A DNA stretch of 64,000 bases from Acidimicrobiales bacterium (GTDB lineage Bacteria; Actinomycetota; Acidimicrobiia; Acidimicrobiales; JAUJNH01): NCBI GenBank assembly GCA_038253125.1, contig JBBSHM010000005.1, positions 56-64,055 on the forward strand. Direction: 5' to 3'. The notes beneath the pieces were generated by a model that was not told the origin of the DNA, did no database searches, and worked only from the letters and a program-made list of their open reading frames with translations. Shown here piece after piece: positions 35,802-45,136 of the stretch. Position numbers and translations under genes: made by a program. How positions within the stretch are numbered: position 1 is the stretch's first letter; each line of letters begins with the position of its first letter.

Positions 35802-37255
35802 CGGTGTACCTGGTGGGGGCGGGGCCGGGGGATCCTGGGTTGCTGACCGTTCGGGCCGCTGAGCTGCTGGCCCAGGCCGACGTGGTGGTGCACGACCGTC
35901 TGGCCGAGGCCAGCCTCCTCGACCAGGCCCCGCCGGCTGCCGTGCGAATCGACGTCGGGAAGTCGCCGGGCGGGCCGATCGACCAGGCCGGCATCAACCG
36001 GCTCCTCGTCGAGCACGGCTCGGCTGGTCGCCACGTGGTGCGGCTCAAGGGCGGCGACCCCTTCGTGTTCGGCCGGGGCGGCGAGGAGGCGCTGGCCCTC
36101 ATTGAGGCCGGCGTGGCCTTCGAGGTGGTACCGGGCATCACGAGTGCCGTGGCTGCCGCCGCCTACGCCGGCATCCCGGTGACCCACCGCGGCCTCTCCA
36201 CCAGCTTCACCGTCGTCACCGGGCACAGCCGGCACTCGATCGACAGCGAGATCGACTGGACCTCGCTCGCCCGGGCAGGCGACACCATCATAGTTCTCAT
36301 GGGCGTCAGCCACCGGGCTGAGATCGCCCGGCGGCTGGTCGACGCCGGCCGTCCGCCCGCCACCCCTGTCGCCTGCGTCCGCTGGGGCACCCGGCCCGAC
36401 CAGCGCACCATCCGCACGACCTTGGCCGGCCTGGCCGAGGCGCCGCTGGAAGCCCCCGTCGCCATCGTCATCGGTGAGGTGGCCGGCCTCGACCTGGGCT
36501 GGTTCGAACGCCGCCCCCTGTTCGGCCGCACCGTGGTCGTGACCAGGGCCCGTGAGCAGTCACCGACCCTGGTGGCCGGGCTGCGGGCCCAGGGCGCCCA
36601 GGTGCTGGAGGTGCCCACCATCGTCATCGCCGGTCCCGCCGACGGCGGCGCCGCCCTGGCCGCCGCCGGCGTGCGCCTGCGTGAGGGCGCCTTCGAGTGG
36701 GTCGCGCTCACCTCGACCAACGCCGTCGACGCCCTGTTCACCCACCTGCACGACGCCCGGCAGCTGGCCGACGCCCGGGTCGCCGCAGTGGGCCGGGCCA
36801 CCGCCGAAGCCCTGCGCAGCCACGGCGTGGTTGCCGATCTCGTCCCGGCCAAGGCCAACGCCGAGGCTCTGGTGGCCGGCTTCCCAGTGGCGCCGCCGGG
36901 CGGCGGCCGGGTCCTGGTCCCGCAGGCCGACCGGGTCCGCCCCGTTCTGACCGATGGCCTGGCCGCCCTGGGCTGGCAAATCGAGGCGGTCGAGGCCTAC
37001 CGCACGGTGAACACCCAGGTTCCGCCGCCCCTCCTCGCCCGGGCGCTGGCCGCCGACGCCATCTGCTTCACCTCAGGCTCCACCGTGGAGAGCTGGGTGG
37101 CCGCCGCCGGCCCCACGGCCCCGCCCGTGGTCGCCTCTATCGGCCCGGTCACCACCGCCGCCGCCTTACGCCAAGGCCTGACGGTCACCGTCGAGGCTCA
37201 CGACGCCAACGTGGAGGCGCTCGTCGCCGAGGTGTCACGCCACTTCGCCGCCTAA
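35798..37255 (+). CDS. uroporphyrinogen-III C-methyltransferase / uroporphyrinogen-III synthase fusion
   Basis: The track ORF was trimmed to VTVYLVGAGPGDPGLLT, where the GTGA overlaps the hemC stop. RLKGGDPFVFGRGGEE marks the CobA part. The C-terminal half is HemD-like (RTVVVTRAREQ...). Confidence 0.9.
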   Translation: MTVYLVGAGPGDPGLLTVRAAELLAQADVVVHDRLAEASLLDQAPPAAVRIDVGKSPGGPIDQAGINRLLVEHGSAGRHVVRLKGGDPFVFGRGGEEALALIEAGVAFEVVPGITSAVAAAAYAGIPVTHRGLSTSFTVVTGHSRHSIDSEIDWTSLARAGDTIIVLMGVSHRAEIARRLVDAGRPPATPVACVRWGTRPDQRTIRTTLAGLAEAPLEAPVAIVIGEVAGLDLGWFERRPLFGRTVVVTRAREQSPTLVAGLRAQGAQVLEVPTIVIAGPADGGAALAAAGVRLREGAFEWVALTSTNAVDALFTHLHDARQLADARVAAVGRATAEALRSHGVVADLVPAKANAEALVAGFPVAPPGGGRVLVPQADRVRPVLTDGLAALGWQIEAVEAYRTVNTQVPPPLLARALAADAICFTSGSTVESWVAAAGPTAPPVVASIGPVTTAAALRQGLTVTVEAHDANVEALVAEVSRHFAA

Positions 37256-37369
37256 TGACCATGGGACAGGCGGTCGGTCCCCTTCGTCTCGATCACCAGG
37301 CTTCGGCTCCGCTCCCCGGAGACCCTTGATGAGCACGCTCCCAGCGCTCACGCAGGTGGACAGCTGGAA

Positions 37370-37693
37370 TCAGTAAACGATGTCGAGGGCGAAGCGCAGG
37401 GCCCGGTCCAGCGCCGCCGGAGCCTCGATGTCGAGTCTGCCGACCGGCTCGGGGTCAAGGGCTCGCTTCGAAACGGTGAGCAGGCTGTCGCAGACTATGG
37501 CCGAGGTCTCGGGAAGGCCCTGTGTCGGCCCGATCTCGACCTCGCTCCGGATGCCGCGGACCGTGCGGGTGATCGGTGCACACGTCACGGCGGTTAGGAC
37601 GTCGATCGCCCCATCCCGGGTGAGGATGCAGACCGGCCGCCGCCCGGCAGGAGCACCCAAGTCGGCCCAGTAGATCTCGTTGCGGGCTACCAA
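37370..37693 (-). CDS. PemK/MazF-family toxin
   Basis: 107 aa. EIYWADLGAPAGRRPVCILT and CAPITRT are typical of the MazF fold. Confidence 0.85.
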   Translation of the reverse strand: MVARNEIYWADLGAPAGRRPVCILTRDGAIDVLTAVTCAPITRTVRGIRSEVEIGPTQGLPETSAIVCDSLLTVSKRALDPEPVGRLDIEAPAALDRALRFALDIVY

Positions 37694-37932
37694 GGCAGGG
37701 CGTTTTCGGCCGCCAGACGGCCTGCAGCCACGACGATCGCCGGGTCCTGAGGCAGCCGGCGGTAAGACTCCTGCAGCCGAAGGTCTGGTTCAGTGATCTC
37801 CACGAATCTCAGTGACGCCATCGCCTTGCCGCCGTCGACCCATGACCGGGTGGTTGAGAGACGTAAGGCCTTCTCGTCGAGTCCCCGGAGGACATCGCCG
37901 TCCAGCTGAGCCGAGGGTAGGCATGGAGCCAC
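37687..37932 (-). CDS. putative cognate antitoxin
   Basis: 81 aa with a 7-nt overlap with the mazF-like gene. SAQLDGDVLRGLDEKALRLSTTRSWV is loosely RHH-like. The assignment rests mainly on position. Confidence 0.5.
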   Translation of the reverse strand: MAPCLPSAQLDGDVLRGLDEKALRLSTTRSWVDGGKAMASLRFVEITEPDLRLQESYRRLPQDPAIVVAAGRLAAENALPW

Positions 37933-38008
37933 GACACAAACCTATACGCCCATGGTTCCGGATCTTCCCGACCGGAGCCTGTCGGGAACCCGTTTAGCCT
38001 CAGTACCC

Positions 38009-38992
38009 ATGGCCTTCCCCGAGCGGCGGATGCGGCGGATGCGGCGCACGCCGGCCCTGCGCCGCCTGGTGGCCGAGACCCGGCTCGGGGTCAACGACCT
38101 CGTCCTGCCCGCCTTTGTGCGCCAGGGGATCACCGGGCCGCAGCCCATCGGGTCGCTGCCCGGGGTCGTGCAGCACACCCGGGAGAGCCTGCGCAAGGAG
38201 GCGCGGCGCCTGGTCGACCTCGGTGTCCCGGGCCTGCTGCTGTTCGGGGTGCCCGAGCAGAAGGACGCCGAGGGGAGCCAGGCCTTCGACCCGGAGGGGA
38301 TCGTGCAGGTGGCCCTGCGCGACGTCCGCGACGAGGTGGGCGATTCCCTCGTGCTGATGGCCGACCTCTGCCTGGACGAGTACACCGACCACGGCCACTG
38401 CGGCGTCCTCGACCCCTCCGGCCAACCCGACAACGACCGCACCCTGGAGCTGTACGGCCGGGTGGCGGTGGCCCAGGCCGAGGCGGGGGCCGACGTGTGC
38501 GCCCCCTCGGGGATGATGGACGGGCAGGTCGGCGCCATCCGCCGGGCTCTCGACGGCGGCGGCCAGGAGGAGGTGGCCATCGTGGCCTACGCCGCCAAGT
38601 ACGCCTCGGCGCTGTACGGGCCGTTCCGCGATGCCGTCGACGTCACCATCGTCGGCGGCGGCGACCGGCGGGGCTACCAGCAGGACCCCCGCAACCGGCG
38701 CGAGGCGCTCGCCGAGGTGCAGCTCGACATCGGGGAGGGTGCCGATGTCGTGATGGTCAAGCCCGCTGTCGCCTACCTCGACGTGATCGCCGACGTCCGG
38801 GCTGCGGTCGACGTGCCGGTCGCCGCCTACCACGTCAGCGGCGAGTACTCGATGCTGAAGGCGGCGGCGGAGCGGGGCTGGATCGACCACGACGCCGTGG
38901 CGCTTGAGCACCTCACGTCGATCAAGCGGGCCGGCGCCGACCTCATCTTCACCTACCTGGCGGCCGAGGCGGCCGAGCTGCTCCAAGGCTGA
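38009..38992 (+). CDS. hemB: porphobilinogen synthase (delta-aminolevulinate dehydratase)
   Basis: The track ORF was trimmed to MAFPERRMRRMRRTPALRRLV. Contains DLCLDEYTDHGHCG, VMVKPA (Schiff-base Lys) and YHVSGEY. Confidence 0.95.
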   Translation: MAFPERRMRRMRRTPALRRLVAETRLGVNDLVLPAFVRQGITGPQPIGSLPGVVQHTRESLRKEARRLVDLGVPGLLLFGVPEQKDAEGSQAFDPEGIVQVALRDVRDEVGDSLVLMADLCLDEYTDHGHCGVLDPSGQPDNDRTLELYGRVAVAQAEAGADVCAPSGMMDGQVGAIRRALDGGGQEEVAIVAYAAKYASALYGPFRDAVDVTIVGGGDRRGYQQDPRNRREALAEVQLDIGEGADVVMVKPAVAYLDVIADVRAAVDVPVAAYHVSGEYSMLKAAAERGWIDHDAVALEHLTSIKRAGADLIFTYLAAEAAELLQG

Positions 38993-39016
38993 TCGGGCGG
39001 CGAGTACCCTCCGCGC

Positions 39017-40801
39017 ATGGTCGACTACGCGCCGCCGCTCGACGAGATCCGGTTCGTGCTCGAGCATGTGGCGGGCATCGACGAGCTCAGCCGTTTCGAG
39101 GGATTCGAGCACGCCGACGTCGAGTCGACGATGGTCGTCCTCACCGAGTTCGGTCGCTACGTCATCGACAAGGTGGTGCCCATCAACCGGGTCGGCGACG
39201 CCCAGGGCAGCCACGTGGCCGGCACCCCTGAGGACCCGACCGTCGTCACCGCCGACGGCTTCAAGGAGGCCTACGCCCAGTTCGTCGAGTCCGGGTGGGC
39301 CACGGTGCCGTCCGACCCGGCCTACGGCGGGGGTGGCTTCCCCTGGACGGTGGGCGTAGCCATGCAGGAGCTGTTGAACAGCGGCAACCTGGCCTTCGCC
39401 CTGGCCCCCCTGCTCACCCAGGGCGCCCTCGACATGCTGTACGTCCACGGCAGCGACGAGCAGAAGCAAATGTACCTGCCGAAGATGGTGAGCGGCGAGT
39501 GGACCGGCACCATGAACCTCACCGAGCCCGACGCCGGCTCCGACGTGGGCGCCTTGCGCACCCGGGCCGTGCCGGCGGGGGACGGCACCTACCGGATCAG
39601 CGGCACCAAGATCTACATCACCTACGGCGAGCACGACCTGGCCGGGAACATCATCCACCTGGTGCTGGCCCGCACCCCCGGCGCCCCGTCCGGCACGAGG
39701 GGCATCAGCTGCTTCGTCGTGCCCAAGCGGCTGGTCGAACCGGACGGCTCGCTCGGCCGGCGCAACGCCGTCAAAGTCGTCTCCGTCGAGCACAAGCTGG
39801 GCATCCGGGCCAGCCCCACCTGCGTCCTCGATTACGACGAGGCGGTCGGCTACCTGATCGGCGACGAGAACACCGGCATGCGGGCCATGTTCACGATGAT
39901 GAACGACGCCCGCCTCAGCGTGGGGGTCGAGGGTCTCGGCCTGTGCGAGGCGGCCTACCAGCGAGCCCGCCACCACGCCCGGGAGCGTCGGCAGGGCACA
40001 CCACCCGGCGCGTCAGGTCCCTCGGCCATCGTCGAGCACGCCGACGTGCGGCGGATGCTGCTCACCATGAAGGCGTCCACCGAGGCGCTGCGGGCCCTGC
40101 ACTACTTCGACGCCCGCCAGATCGACCTCGGCCACCACCACCCCGACGAGGCCGAGCGGGTGGCGGCCACCGAGCTGGCCGGGCTGCTCACCCCGCTGTC
40201 CAAGGGCTGGGGGACCGACCTGGCCAACGAGATCACCAGCCTGGCCATCCAGGTGTTCGGCGGCATGGGCTACGTCGAGGAGACGGGCGTGGCCCAGCTG
40301 TACCGCGACGCCCGGATCACCGCCATCTACGAGGGCACCAACGGCATCCAGGCCATCGATCTGGTCACTCGCAAGCTGGCGATGCGCGGGGGAGGTGTGG
40401 TGGCCGACCTGGTGACCCGCATGCGGGGGACCGCAGCAGACCTGCAGGCCTACGAGCACCTGGCCCCCATCGGCACCGGCCTGGCCGACGGCCTCAACGT
40501 GTTGCAGCAGGCCACCGAGTGGATCATGACCAACGGCGCCGCCGACCCGGTGCAGGCCCTGGCCGCCGCCACCCCCTACCTGCGCCTGTTCAGTCAGACC
40601 GTGGGCGGATGGCTGCTGGGGGTCGAGGCGCAGGCCGCCACCCGGGCGGAGCCGTCGTCCCTCCCGGCGGGCTTCGCCAGCGCCAAGCTGGCCACCGCCC
40701 TCTTCTTCGTCCACCACATCCTCCCCACCGGGCACGGCATCCTCCCCGCCATCACCGCCGGCAAGGACGACCTCTTCGCCCTCTCGGCCGACCAGCTCTG
40801 A
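39017..40801 (+). CDS. long-type acyl-CoA dehydrogenase
   Basis: 594 aa. WTGTMNLTEPDAGSD, TKIYITYGEHD and IYEGTNGIQAIDL, plus an extra C-terminal domain. Confidence 0.85.
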   Translation: MVDYAPPLDEIRFVLEHVAGIDELSRFEGFEHADVESTMVVLTEFGRYVIDKVVPINRVGDAQGSHVAGTPEDPTVVTADGFKEAYAQFVESGWATVPSDPAYGGGGFPWTVGVAMQELLNSGNLAFALAPLLTQGALDMLYVHGSDEQKQMYLPKMVSGEWTGTMNLTEPDAGSDVGALRTRAVPAGDGTYRISGTKIYITYGEHDLAGNIIHLVLARTPGAPSGTRGISCFVVPKRLVEPDGSLGRRNAVKVVSVEHKLGIRASPTCVLDYDEAVGYLIGDENTGMRAMFTMMNDARLSVGVEGLGLCEAAYQRARHHARERRQGTPPGASGPSAIVEHADVRRMLLTMKASTEALRALHYFDARQIDLGHHHPDEAERVAATELAGLLTPLSKGWGTDLANEITSLAIQVFGGMGYVEETGVAQLYRDARITAIYEGTNGIQAIDLVTRKLAMRGGGVVADLVTRMRGTAADLQAYEHLAPIGTGLADGLNVLQQATEWIMTNGAADPVQALAAATPYLRLFSQTVGGWLLGVEAQAATRAEPSSLPAGFASAKLATALFFVHHILPTGHGILPAITAGKDDLFALSADQL

Positions 40802-40987
40802 GCTGCGCTCGGCGGGAACCCCCTCCGACATGTCAGCCTTCGGCCGGCTGTCCCTTGTTCCGCTCGGCCTCAGAAGCCGGCCGGGCGGGCCTGCGGCGCT
40901 CTGAGCCACGGAGCGAGGGATCTCGGTGACCGGCCGGAGGGTGACTTCTCCAACGAGGGCTGCGGAGGAGGCACCTAGGGTCGGAGA

Positions 40988-42253
40988 GTGTCGCGGAACG
41001 ACGAGCTGTGGGCGCGGGCGCAGGCGGTGCTGCCCGGCGGGGTGAACTCGCCGGTCCGGTCGTTCCGCAGCGTCGGTGGGGGAACGCCGTACTTCGTGGC
41101 CCGGGGCGCCGGGGCCTGCGTCTTCGACGCCGACGGGCGCGAGCTCATCGACTACGTCCAGTCCTACGGGGCCAGCATCCTCGGTCACGCTCATCCCGCA
41201 GTGACAGCCGCCGTTCAGGAGGCGGCAGGCCGGGGCACCACCTACGGGGCACCTACCGAGGGCGAGGTGCTGTTGGCCGAGGAGGTGTGCCGGCGGGTGC
41301 CCGGCCTCGGCATGGTGCGGATGACGAGCAGCGGCACCGAGGCGACGATGAGCGCCATCCGGCTGGCCCGCGGCGCCACCGGCCGCACCAGGATCGTGAA
41401 GTTCGACGGCTGCTACCACGGTCACGCCGATGCCCTGCTGGCCGCCGCCGGCAGCGGCGTGGCCAACCAGGGCCTGCCCGGCTCGGCCGGGGTGCCGGCG
41501 GTCGTGGTGGCCGACACCCTTGTCGTGCCCTACAACGAGGTGCCTGAGGTGACCGAGGAGGTGGCGGTCGTCTGCGTCGAGCCGGTGGCCGCCAACATGG
41601 GCCTGGTCCCGCCCGCACCCGGCTTCCTCGAGGGCCTGCGGCGGGCCTGTGACCAGGCCGGCGCCCTGCTCCTGTTCGACGAGGTCATCACCGGGTTCCG
41701 GGTCGCGGCTGGCGGCGCCACCGAGACCTCGGGGGTGGTGCCCGACCTGTGGTGCTTCGGGAAGGTGATCGGCGGCGGCCTGCCCGTCGGCATGTTCGGG
41801 GCCAGCCCCGAGCTGATGGCCAACGTGGCCCCCCTCGGGCCGGTGTACCAGGGCGGCACCCTCAGCGGCAACCCGCTGGCCACCGCCGCCGGCCTGGCCG
41901 TCCTGGGCCAGCTCGACGCCGCCGCCTACCGGCGCCTCGAGGCCACTGCAGGTCGACTTCAGGCCGGGCTTCAGGAGGTGGCGGCCCACGCCGGCCTGGC
42001 GGTCCAGGTGCCCCGCTACCGCAGCCTCGTCGCCCTGTTCGCCGGGGCCGAGGCGCCCGTCACCGCCTGGCCGGGCGCCAGGACGGCCGCCGAGACCGGC
42101 CTGTACGCCCGTGTGTTCCGGGCGCTGCTCGATCGGGGCGTGGCGCTGGCTCCCGGCCCCTACGAGGTGCTCTTCCCGAGCCTGGCCCACGACGACGACG
42201 TCGTCGACAGAACGATCCAGTGCTTCGCCGACGCCTGCACCCGCCTGTCCTGA
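40988..42253 (+). CDS. hemL: glutamate-1-semialdehyde 2,1-aminomutase
   Basis: 421 aa. PGGVNSPVRSF, SGTEATMSAIRLARG, and FGKVIGGGLPVG (PLP Lys). Confidence 0.95.
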   Translation: MSRNDELWARAQAVLPGGVNSPVRSFRSVGGGTPYFVARGAGACVFDADGRELIDYVQSYGASILGHAHPAVTAAVQEAAGRGTTYGAPTEGEVLLAEEVCRRVPGLGMVRMTSSGTEATMSAIRLARGATGRTRIVKFDGCYHGHADALLAAAGSGVANQGLPGSAGVPAVVVADTLVVPYNEVPEVTEEVAVVCVEPVAANMGLVPPAPGFLEGLRRACDQAGALLLFDEVITGFRVAAGGATETSGVVPDLWCFGKVIGGGLPVGMFGASPELMANVAPLGPVYQGGTLSGNPLATAAGLAVLGQLDAAAYRRLEATAGRLQAGLQEVAAHAGLAVQVPRYRSLVALFAGAEAPVTAWPGARTAAETGLYARVFRALLDRGVALAPGPYEVLFPSLAHDDDVVDRTIQCFADACTRLS

Positions 42254-42268
42254 CGGGCGGTCGACGCG

Positions 42269-43312
42269 TCAGCCGGTGCCGGTGCCCGGAGCGAGGCCCT
42301 GTCGGGCCAGATCCAGGGAGGCGGCCCGCCCCTCGGGGGTCTGGCCCTGGATCGCGTAGAACGCGGCCTCACGAACGAGGCGCTGGGCCGGGTGGCTGAG
42401 CTCAAGGCCCCGGCCCCCGACGGCGGCCAGCAGAGCCAGTGCGGCCCGCTGGGCCAGATCGATGGCACCAGCCCGGGCTGCGGCCAGTCCTGGGACGTCC
42501 ACGGCACCGGCGCCGGCGGCGTCGGCCAGCGCCTCGTTCTCGGCGATGACCTCGTCCAGCACCACGCTGAGAGCACCGGCGACCTCGGCACCCGCCGGTC
42601 CCGTCCGGCCGAGCAGGTCGAGGGCTCGGAGAGCCACGCCCTGGATAGCCGGGGTGCCCCGGTTGCCGATGGACTGGTCGAGGGCGTCCCAGAGCGGACG
42701 GTCGAGGTCGAGCATCACGTCGTCGGCGCCCACCGGGGTGCTGTCGAAGCGGAGGCGCACGGTAGTCGTGGCCTGCATGGCGGCCAGCTTCAGGGGAGCG
42801 GTCGCCGTCAACCGGTCCGGCGCCAGGAGCACCCAGAGCACCGTCCCTGCGGGGGTGACGGCGGCGATCGAGTAGACCCCGGCCAGGCCCCAGGCCGTGG
42901 CCCAGGGCGCCTCCCCCTGAAGCCGCCATCCCGCGCCATCGGGCTCGGCTCGCAGCACCGGCGGCCCCGGCCGGCGCAGGTGGGCGAAGGCCGTCCCCCC
43001 CACCACCTCGCCGGCCAGCAGACGCTTTAGCCACCGGCCCTTCAGCTCCTCGTTCGAGGCCGCACCCAACAGCCGCACCGGCCCCTCGTGCTGGGCCCAC
43101 ACGAAGTAGGTGGCGCCGCACGCCCCCCCGAGGATCCGGTGGACCTGGCGCCGTTCCGCCGGGTCACAGCTCTCGGATACACCGAACGCCCCGGCCTCCG
43201 CCAAGGCGCCGATGTTCTCCCGCGGTACCCGCTCGGCCTGATCCGTCGACTGCGCAGCCGGGAAGAGCAGATCCTCAGCCACAGCGTGAACCCGTGCAAC
43301 GACATCTGCCAC
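42269..43312 (-). CDS. acyl-CoA dehydrogenase family protein
   Basis: 347 aa. General ACAD-like layout (YFVWAQHEGP, GEAPWATAWG). No strong catalytic motif recognised. Confidence 0.65.
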   Translation of the reverse strand: MADVVARVHAVAEDLLFPAAQSTDQAERVPRENIGALAEAGAFGVSESCDPAERRQVHRILGGACGATYFVWAQHEGPVRLLGAASNEELKGRWLKRLLAGEVVGGTAFAHLRRPGPPVLRAEPDGAGWRLQGEAPWATAWGLAGVYSIAAVTPAGTVLWVLLAPDRLTATAPLKLAAMQATTTVRLRFDSTPVGADDVMLDLDRPLWDALDQSIGNRGTPAIQGVALRALDLLGRTGPAGAEVAGALSVVLDEVIAENEALADAAGAGAVDVPGLAAARAGAIDLAQRAALALLAAVGGRGLELSHPAQRLVREAAFYAIQGQTPEGRAASLDLARQGLAPGTGTG

Positions 43313-43391
43313 CCGCAGGACCGTACGCGCCTCCGGCGGAGGTGACGGTCAGGGCTTGGCGGCGAACAGCGAGCGGGGCCGGCCGCAGGCC

Positions 43392-44009
43392 TTAGAGCTT
43401 CTCCCGCTCGTACTTGACGACGGCCTTGATCTGGTCGTCGGTGAGCTGGCCGCCAAAGGCGGGCATGCCGCCAGCGGCCACCCGCCCCCGGGCGTTGTAG
43501 GCCTGGCCGATCTTGGCTGCGGAGCCGCCCTTGACCCAGGCCTGCTGGTCCTTCTCGTCGGGGAAGTCGAGCAGCACCTCGCCGTCGGCGAGCTTGGGGC
43601 CGACCCCGCCCTGGCCGGTGGCGCCGTGGCACCCCGAGCAGCCCGCCGACTTGAACAGCTCGGCCCCGAGGACGAGCGGGTCCTTCGGGGCCTCCACCGG
43701 CCGCGGCTGGTAGCCCTGCATGTACAAGAAGCCGAAGACCGGCAGGGCCCCGAACAGGGGCATCACCCAGAACGGCAGCCGGGCCCGGGCCGGCGGGAGG
43801 TTGCCCACGGCCGGCGGGGTGGGCTTGGGCGCCAGGGTCGGCAGGGCGGGCGCGGCGGCGGCGCCCGCCACCGCCGCCGGCTTGGCCGCGGCCTGGGGCG
43901 GCGGTGCCGGCGAGCCGGCGGTCGCCTCACCCTCGGGCGGGGTCTCACCGGACAGGCCGGCCCGGCGCTCCTTCGACCGCCGGAGGAGGTGCTCGGGGAT
44001 CTCAGCCAT
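43392..44009 (-). CDS. membrane-anchored monoheme c-type cytochrome
   Basis: The track ORF was trimmed to MAEIPEHLLRRSKERR. Ala/Pro-rich linker, one TM segment (LPFWVMPLFGALPVFGFLYM), CSGCH heme motif, and a distal Met in GGMPAFGG. Confidence 0.8.
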   Translation of the reverse strand: MAEIPEHLLRRSKERRAGLSGETPPEGEATAGSPAPPPQAAAKPAAVAGAAAAPALPTLAPKPTPPAVGNLPPARARLPFWVMPLFGALPVFGFLYMQGYQPRPVEAPKDPLVLGAELFKSAGCSGCHGATGQGGVGPKLADGEVLLDFPDEKDQQAWVKGGSAAKIGQAYNARGRVAAGGMPAFGGQLTDDQIKAVVKYEREKL

Positions 44010-44124
44010 CGGCTCGGAAGTTAGCCGTGGCCGCACGGGGGTACCAACCGGGCGACGATGTGACCCTCTGGCGGGGCCGGTGGTAGACCATGCGGCCTCG
44101 GGTGGTGACATCCTCCGGGAGCGC

Positions 44125-44148
44125 TAGACTTTGTGCAGGTAATCACGA
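44125..44148 (+). promoter_or_regulatory. candidate -10 (TAGACT) followed by a Rex-operator-like inverted repeat TTGTGCA-GGTA-ATCACGA
   Basis: The 18-mer at 44131-44148 matches the actinobacterial Rex operator consensus TTGTGAA-N4-TTCACAA at 11 of 14 specified positions. It lies about 30 nt upstream of the first gene of the respiratory operon. Confidence 0.35.
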
Positions 44149-44176
44149 GCAGCACGTCAGGAGCCTCGACACCACC

Positions 44177-44704
44177 GTGACGGCCTTCGTCGCCTCCATC
44201 CTCACCGGCCTCGTCGTCGTCGGCGCCGTGCTGTTCATGGCCCGACGGCGCCCGCCGGGCCAGCCGCTCACCTGGGGTGAGGCGTTCGTCGGCGCCGCCT
44301 GGGTGTTCTTCGGCTTCATCGTCGCCTACGGCCTGATCCCCCACTACTGGCTCAGCTGGGCCGACCAGGGGCTGGCGTGGCGGCGAGACAAGGTGGGCAT
44401 CCCGCTGGGGCCGCTCGGGGTCATCTGGGGTGGCAAGGCGGGCAAGGCCCTGTTCTTCATCCCGGTCAACAAGGGCGTGATGTGGCCGACGGGCGTCACC
44501 TTCTTCGGCCGGGGCCGGATCCTCATCAACGCTGAGCACCTCCGTGACCTGATCGCCGCCACCATCTACATCGCCATGCTGTCCGCCCAGTTCACCCTCT
44601 GGGCCTTCTGGCAGAAGCGCGGCAAGGTGGCCAAGCAGCGGGCCGAGCGCGAAGCCCTGACCACGAGCGCCTACGGGCGCCCCCTGCAGAAGGCACAGGC
44701 GTAG
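44177..44704 (+). CDS. hypothetical integral membrane protein, first gene of the Rieske/cytochrome b operon
   Basis: The track ORF was trimmed to the GTG giving VTAFVASILTGLVVVGAVLF. 3-4 hydrophobic segments. Ends 4 nt before the ferredoxin gene. I recognise no family. Confidence 0.5.
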   Translation: MTAFVASILTGLVVVGAVLFMARRRPPGQPLTWGEAFVGAAWVFFGFIVAYGLIPHYWLSWADQGLAWRRDKVGIPLGPLGVIWGGKAGKALFFIPVNKGVMWPTGVTFFGRGRILINAEHLRDLIAATIYIAMLSAQFTLWAFWQKRGKVAKQRAEREALTTSAYGRPLQKAQA

Positions 44705-44708
44705 ACCT

Positions 44709-45122
44709 ATGGCCAAGACCGACGCCAACCCCCCTCTGCCGCTGTTCCCTGGCGATTACAACCTCACCGAGATCGACTCCGGTGCCCTGACCCGGGCGGT
44801 GAAGCCGAAGCAGTTCCTGCACATCGACCAGGCCGAGTGCATCATGTGCGAGGGCTGCGTCGACATCTGCCCGTGGAAGTGCATCCACATGCTGGCGGCC
44901 AGCACCGTGGCCGACGCCGACAACACCGAGCAGCCCGGCGACGACCCCGACGACCACGTGATCTTCGTGGTGGACGAGGACGTGTGCACCCGCTGCGGCC
45001 TGTGCGTGGACCGGTGCCCGACCGGGGTCATCATCATGGGCAAGGTCGGCCTCGCCGCCCGCGAGGGAGACCCCCACGGGCGGGACAACAAGCACGGCTA
45101 CGGCTACGGCATGCGGTTCTAG
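44709..45122 (+). CDS. 2x[4Fe-4S] ferredoxin-domain protein
   Basis: 137 aa. CIMCEGCVDICP and CTRCGLCVDRCP cluster motifs. Confidence 0.85.
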   Translation: MAKTDANPPLPLFPGDYNLTEIDSGALTRAVKPKQFLHIDQAECIMCEGCVDICPWKCIHMLAASTVADADNTEQPGDDPDDHVIFVVDEDVCTRCGLCVDRCPTGVIIMGKVGLAAREGDPHGRDNKHGYGYGMRF

Positions 45123-45136
45123 GAGACTGGGGAGCG

